This document shows, one piece after another, positions 61,799 to 64,000 of a stretch of DNA of 64,000 bases. Every line of letters starts with the position of its first letter. The first letter of the stretch is position 1. This stretch comes from an uncultured delta proteobacterium. Its GTDB lineage: Bacteria; Desulfobacterota; Binatia; UBA9968. The position numbers were made by a program, and so were the translations under genes. The DNA is taken from the NCBI GenBank assembly GCA_963804165.1, contig CAWDPO010000002.1:192001-256000 (forward strand), written 5' to 3'. The notes beneath the pieces were generated by a model that made no database searches, was not told the DNA's origin, and saw nothing but the letters and a program-made list of their open reading frames with translations.

Positions 61799-62404
61799 AA
61801 AAGCCTCCTGTCGAGACTATGCATCCTCGACTTTCCGCTTAACAATATATCCTAAGCCGAGCGACCGTCCAAATACAGTGAACCTCTCCGGACAGTCGCC
61901 GTGGCCGTAGCCTGGCAAAGGATAAACGGCAAAGAGACGAAGGATAAAAGCCGTGATTGTGACCGGGGCGCATTCGTGTTCGTGATTCGTGATCGTGGAT
62001 CGGGCTCCTTCAGGCTCCTTCAGGAGAACTACCGTAATCGTGCTCATCGTTAACCGATCAAAGCTGGTTCAAAGGTTCAAGGTTCAAAAGTTCAAGGTCA
62101 GATTCGGAAAGGGGGAACTTGCACGTTTTGACAATTCTCAAAACGTCAAAATACAAATTAACCCGATACAGGCGATGATCCCACCAAGGATGTTTGCCTT
62201 CGAGTCTCGCCGCTATCTAAAAGGTTAAGCAGGGTCGAAACGGATTGCAGTCTAATATTGGACAATTTTGAAAAGAATCTGGGGCGGCGCGGGGTTGGGG
62301 AAGGATAAGGGCAAAAGGATAAAGGATAAAGGCCCGTGATCGTGGCAGTTCGAAAGGATGAGAAAAGGCGTCCTCGTGATTCCCCAACCTAAGGGGAAAC
62401 TTCC

Positions 62405-62428
62405 ACGTTTCGAGAATTCTCGAAACGT
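62405..62428. repeat. 24-bp palindrome copy B, within an about 93-bp repeat (62345-62436) shared with 63275-63369
   Basis: Perfect palindrome. Confidence 0.9.
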
Positions 62429-62477
62429 CGAAATGAATTCGAATATCTCTGCAGCCGAGTTGAATTAGCGAGGACAA

Positions 62478-62690
62478 TCAGCTCTGCTTGCTGGAATAGT
62501 GCTCGCCGGCCTTTTTGTATATCTGTTCCAGACGCATCCCTTTGAAGAGTTTGCTTTGAATCTGGAGGTAATCGCCATTACCCTTGGAAAAGTGACGGAG
62601 AAAGCGGGCCGCTCCGCTATAGCCCAAGGCGTCGACCAATGCCCGAATACCGTTATCTACAAGATCTCGTTCGCTCCTAACCTTTGCCAT
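62478..62690 (-). CDS. Small putative antitoxin downstream of the PIN gene
   Basis: GIRALVDALG..GAARFL....G.GDY; overlaps the PIN stop. Confidence 0.7.
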   Translation of the reverse strand: MAKVRSERDLVDNGIRALVDALGYSGAARFLRHFSKGNGDYLQIQSKLFKGMRLEQIYKKAGEHYSSKQS

Positions 62691-63144
62691 AACGACTGCC
62701 CTCGTTTCGTATGAATTCCACCGGATTAACGACTTTCACTTGAAGCACCGACTGACGACCACCTCTCGACGCGCGTTGGATCAATGTATCGTCGCAGGTA
62801 ATGAAGAAGTCGCATCCACCGTGTTGGGCGCACGCCACGTGAAGCGCATCCCTTGGTTTGAACTTTCGCAGCTTCATGAGCCGTCGAGCCAAAGTTAGAA
62901 TTTGTGGCGATGGGGCAATTGTATCCGTACACATACGCGATAACAACTCGACCCATTCTTTGCGATCCGGGTGGGGATTCAGACCGTTCTCGTAATCCAA
63001 CATGAAAGACCAGGTCAATTCCAACCGCCCGGCTTCTGCCAATGCGTAGACGCCCTCTATCGCGGTGCATTCGAGCCTGATTCGGAGTTGATTTTGCTCA
63101 TCGAAGCAGCGGTTATACACGTTTGTATCGCAATAGAGTTTCAA
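62677..63144 (-). CDS. PIN-domain (VapC-like) protein
   Basis: LYCDTNVYNRCFD, DALHVACA, FITCD. Confidence 0.88.
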   Translation of the reverse strand: MKLYCDTNVYNRCFDEQNQLRIRLECTAIEGVYALAEAGRLELTWSFMLDYENGLNPHPDRKEWVELLSRMCTDTIAPSPQILTLARRLMKLRKFKPRDALHVACAQHGGCDFFITCDDTLIQRASRGGRQSVLQVKVVNPVEFIRNEGSRYGKG

Positions 63145-63337
63145 AATGACGGCGTCCTAGTTGCAAACGTTTGCGAATTCTAGGCGATTTGGTGATCGGC
63201 AATCAAGGACGAAATGTGCCGATCGTTGGAGAGGGTATCGGTATGGGCTTGTTCGGCCAAACTCCGTGTTCGTCGCAGTTCGAAAGGATGAGAAAAGGCA
63301 TCCTCGTGATTCCGGTCCAACCTAGGGCGGAACTTCC

Positions 63338-63361
63338 ACGTTTCGAGAATTCTCGAAACGT
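63338..63361. repeat. 24-bp palindrome copy C
   Basis: Perfect palindrome 12 bp past the ArsR-gene stop. Confidence 0.9.
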
Positions 63362-63373
63362 CGAAATGAGGAT

Positions 63374-63673
63374 CTAAGCAAGCTGGCCCGACGCATGGAT
63401 GATTTTCTCAAGAGCTTTTAATAGCGCGCGCGTTTCGCCGAAGTGCTTGAGCCAATAGCGAACTTCTTTCCCCGCCGTATCATACCGGACGATGTCAGCC
63501 GCGCGTAGCTTGGCGAGATGACCGCTGACCGTCTGCACCGAGCGACCGGCAAGCTTGGCAAGATTACTAGGAGTCATCGGCCCGCCGTCATCGAGAAGAA
63601 CGACGAGCTGGTAGATCACCGGATTACCGAGTAGCCGACAGATCCGCGATTCACGATATTTGGTTTCATCCAT
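63374..63673 (-). CDS. ArsR/SmtB-family winged-HTH regulator
   Basis: LLGNP, TVSGHLAKLRAADIV...G..V.Y. Confidence 0.8.
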   Translation of the reverse strand: MDETKYRESRICRLLGNPVIYQLVVLLDDGGPMTPSNLAKLAGRSVQTVSGHLAKLRAADIVRYDTAGKEVRYWLKHFGETRALLKALEKIIHASGQLA

Positions 63674-63679
63674 CGCCGC

Positions 63680-63709
63680 GGTGTACGGCGAAATCATTAT
63701 CGCTGTCAA
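63680..63709 (-). promoter_or_regulatory. Putative promoter for the ArsR gene
   Basis: TTGACA-18 bp-TACACC, 6 bp before ATG 63673 (would be leaderless). Confidence 0.35.
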
Positions 63710-63715
63710 GCTTGC

Positions 63716-63747
63716 TTCGACGTTTCGAGAATTCCCGAAACGTCGAA
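63716..63747. repeat. Palindrome copy D, extended to 32 bp (1 mismatch)
   Basis: TTCGACGTTTCGAGAA-TTCCCGAAACGTCGAA. Confidence 0.85.
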
Positions 63748-63785
63748 ATGAGGAGGGACGTATTGACGGCGCGGTTTGAAAAAGA

Positions 63786-64000
63786 CTAACTGTTCGCGAC
63801 TAATTTGTCGGCATTTTGCTGGAGAAGGTGGAGATGGTGGACGATCGCACGCCTTAGCTCCGGCGACGTAATCGATGGCGGTCTCGCGCTGTTGTACCGA
63901 GCGATAAATTCAGCGAGCTCTGATGAGCGCAGGACAGGAACGGTAGGGTTTCTGATCGAGAACCGGCCGTTGCCATTGACGAAAACAAGCAACGCAGTGA
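63786..64000 (-). CDS. C-terminal fragment of a gene running off the window (possibly NERD-domain protein)
   Basis: Open frame reaching the window edge; LVFVN...NPTVPVL resembles NERD protein C-termini. Confidence 0.35.
   Translation of the reverse strand, partial: TALLVFVNGNGRFSIRNPTVPVLRSSELAEFIARYNSARPPSITSPELRRAIVHHLHLLQQNADKLVANS

Noticed and set aside
61171-63750. Repeated palindrome as a CRISPR array
   Set aside because: Spacing is about 0.4-1.2 kb with whole genes between copies; no cas genes

Overview
GC-rich bacterial genomic window, probably a long-read metagenomic contig given the many single-base frameshifts. Gene content and repeat style resemble Candidatus Binatia/Binatota (inference). 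About 1-50 kb is a dense catabolic region: three luciferase-like monooxygenases, M20/M24 hydrolases, an opine dehydrogenase, an enolase-superfamily enzyme, two UbiD decarboxylases, a 4,5-dihydroxyphthalate-decarboxylase-like protein, a CoxLLMS-type molybdenum hydroxylase, a heme-oxygenase-like diiron enzyme, a gentisate dioxygenase-like cupin, ComDE-like TPP decarboxylase subunits, amidohydrolases and about a dozen mostly orphan solute-binding proteins. About 49.7-64 kb is mobile/defence-type DNA: two RAYT/Y1 transposase remnants, an IS1182 element, a truncated SNF2 helicase, two PIN toxin-antitoxin modules and an ArsR-type regulator. Top finding: a membrane-anchored TIR-domain gene (15675-14677, minus strand) reads through an in-frame TGA into a thioredoxin-like domain. 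The TGA forms a U-D-H-C (UxxC) motif and is followed by a SECIS-like hairpin, so this is a candidate TIR-thioredoxin selenoprotein, adjacent to a second TIR-TM protein. Other highlights: a 24-bp palindrome punctuating each TA/regulator cassette at 61-64 kb, a 132-bp duplication of the asparaginase 3' end bracketing a 3.5-kb cassette, CTAG-bounded MITEs, and a Mo-hydroxylase large subunit lacking the catalytic Glu. No rRNA, tRNA or CRISPR array was recognised.
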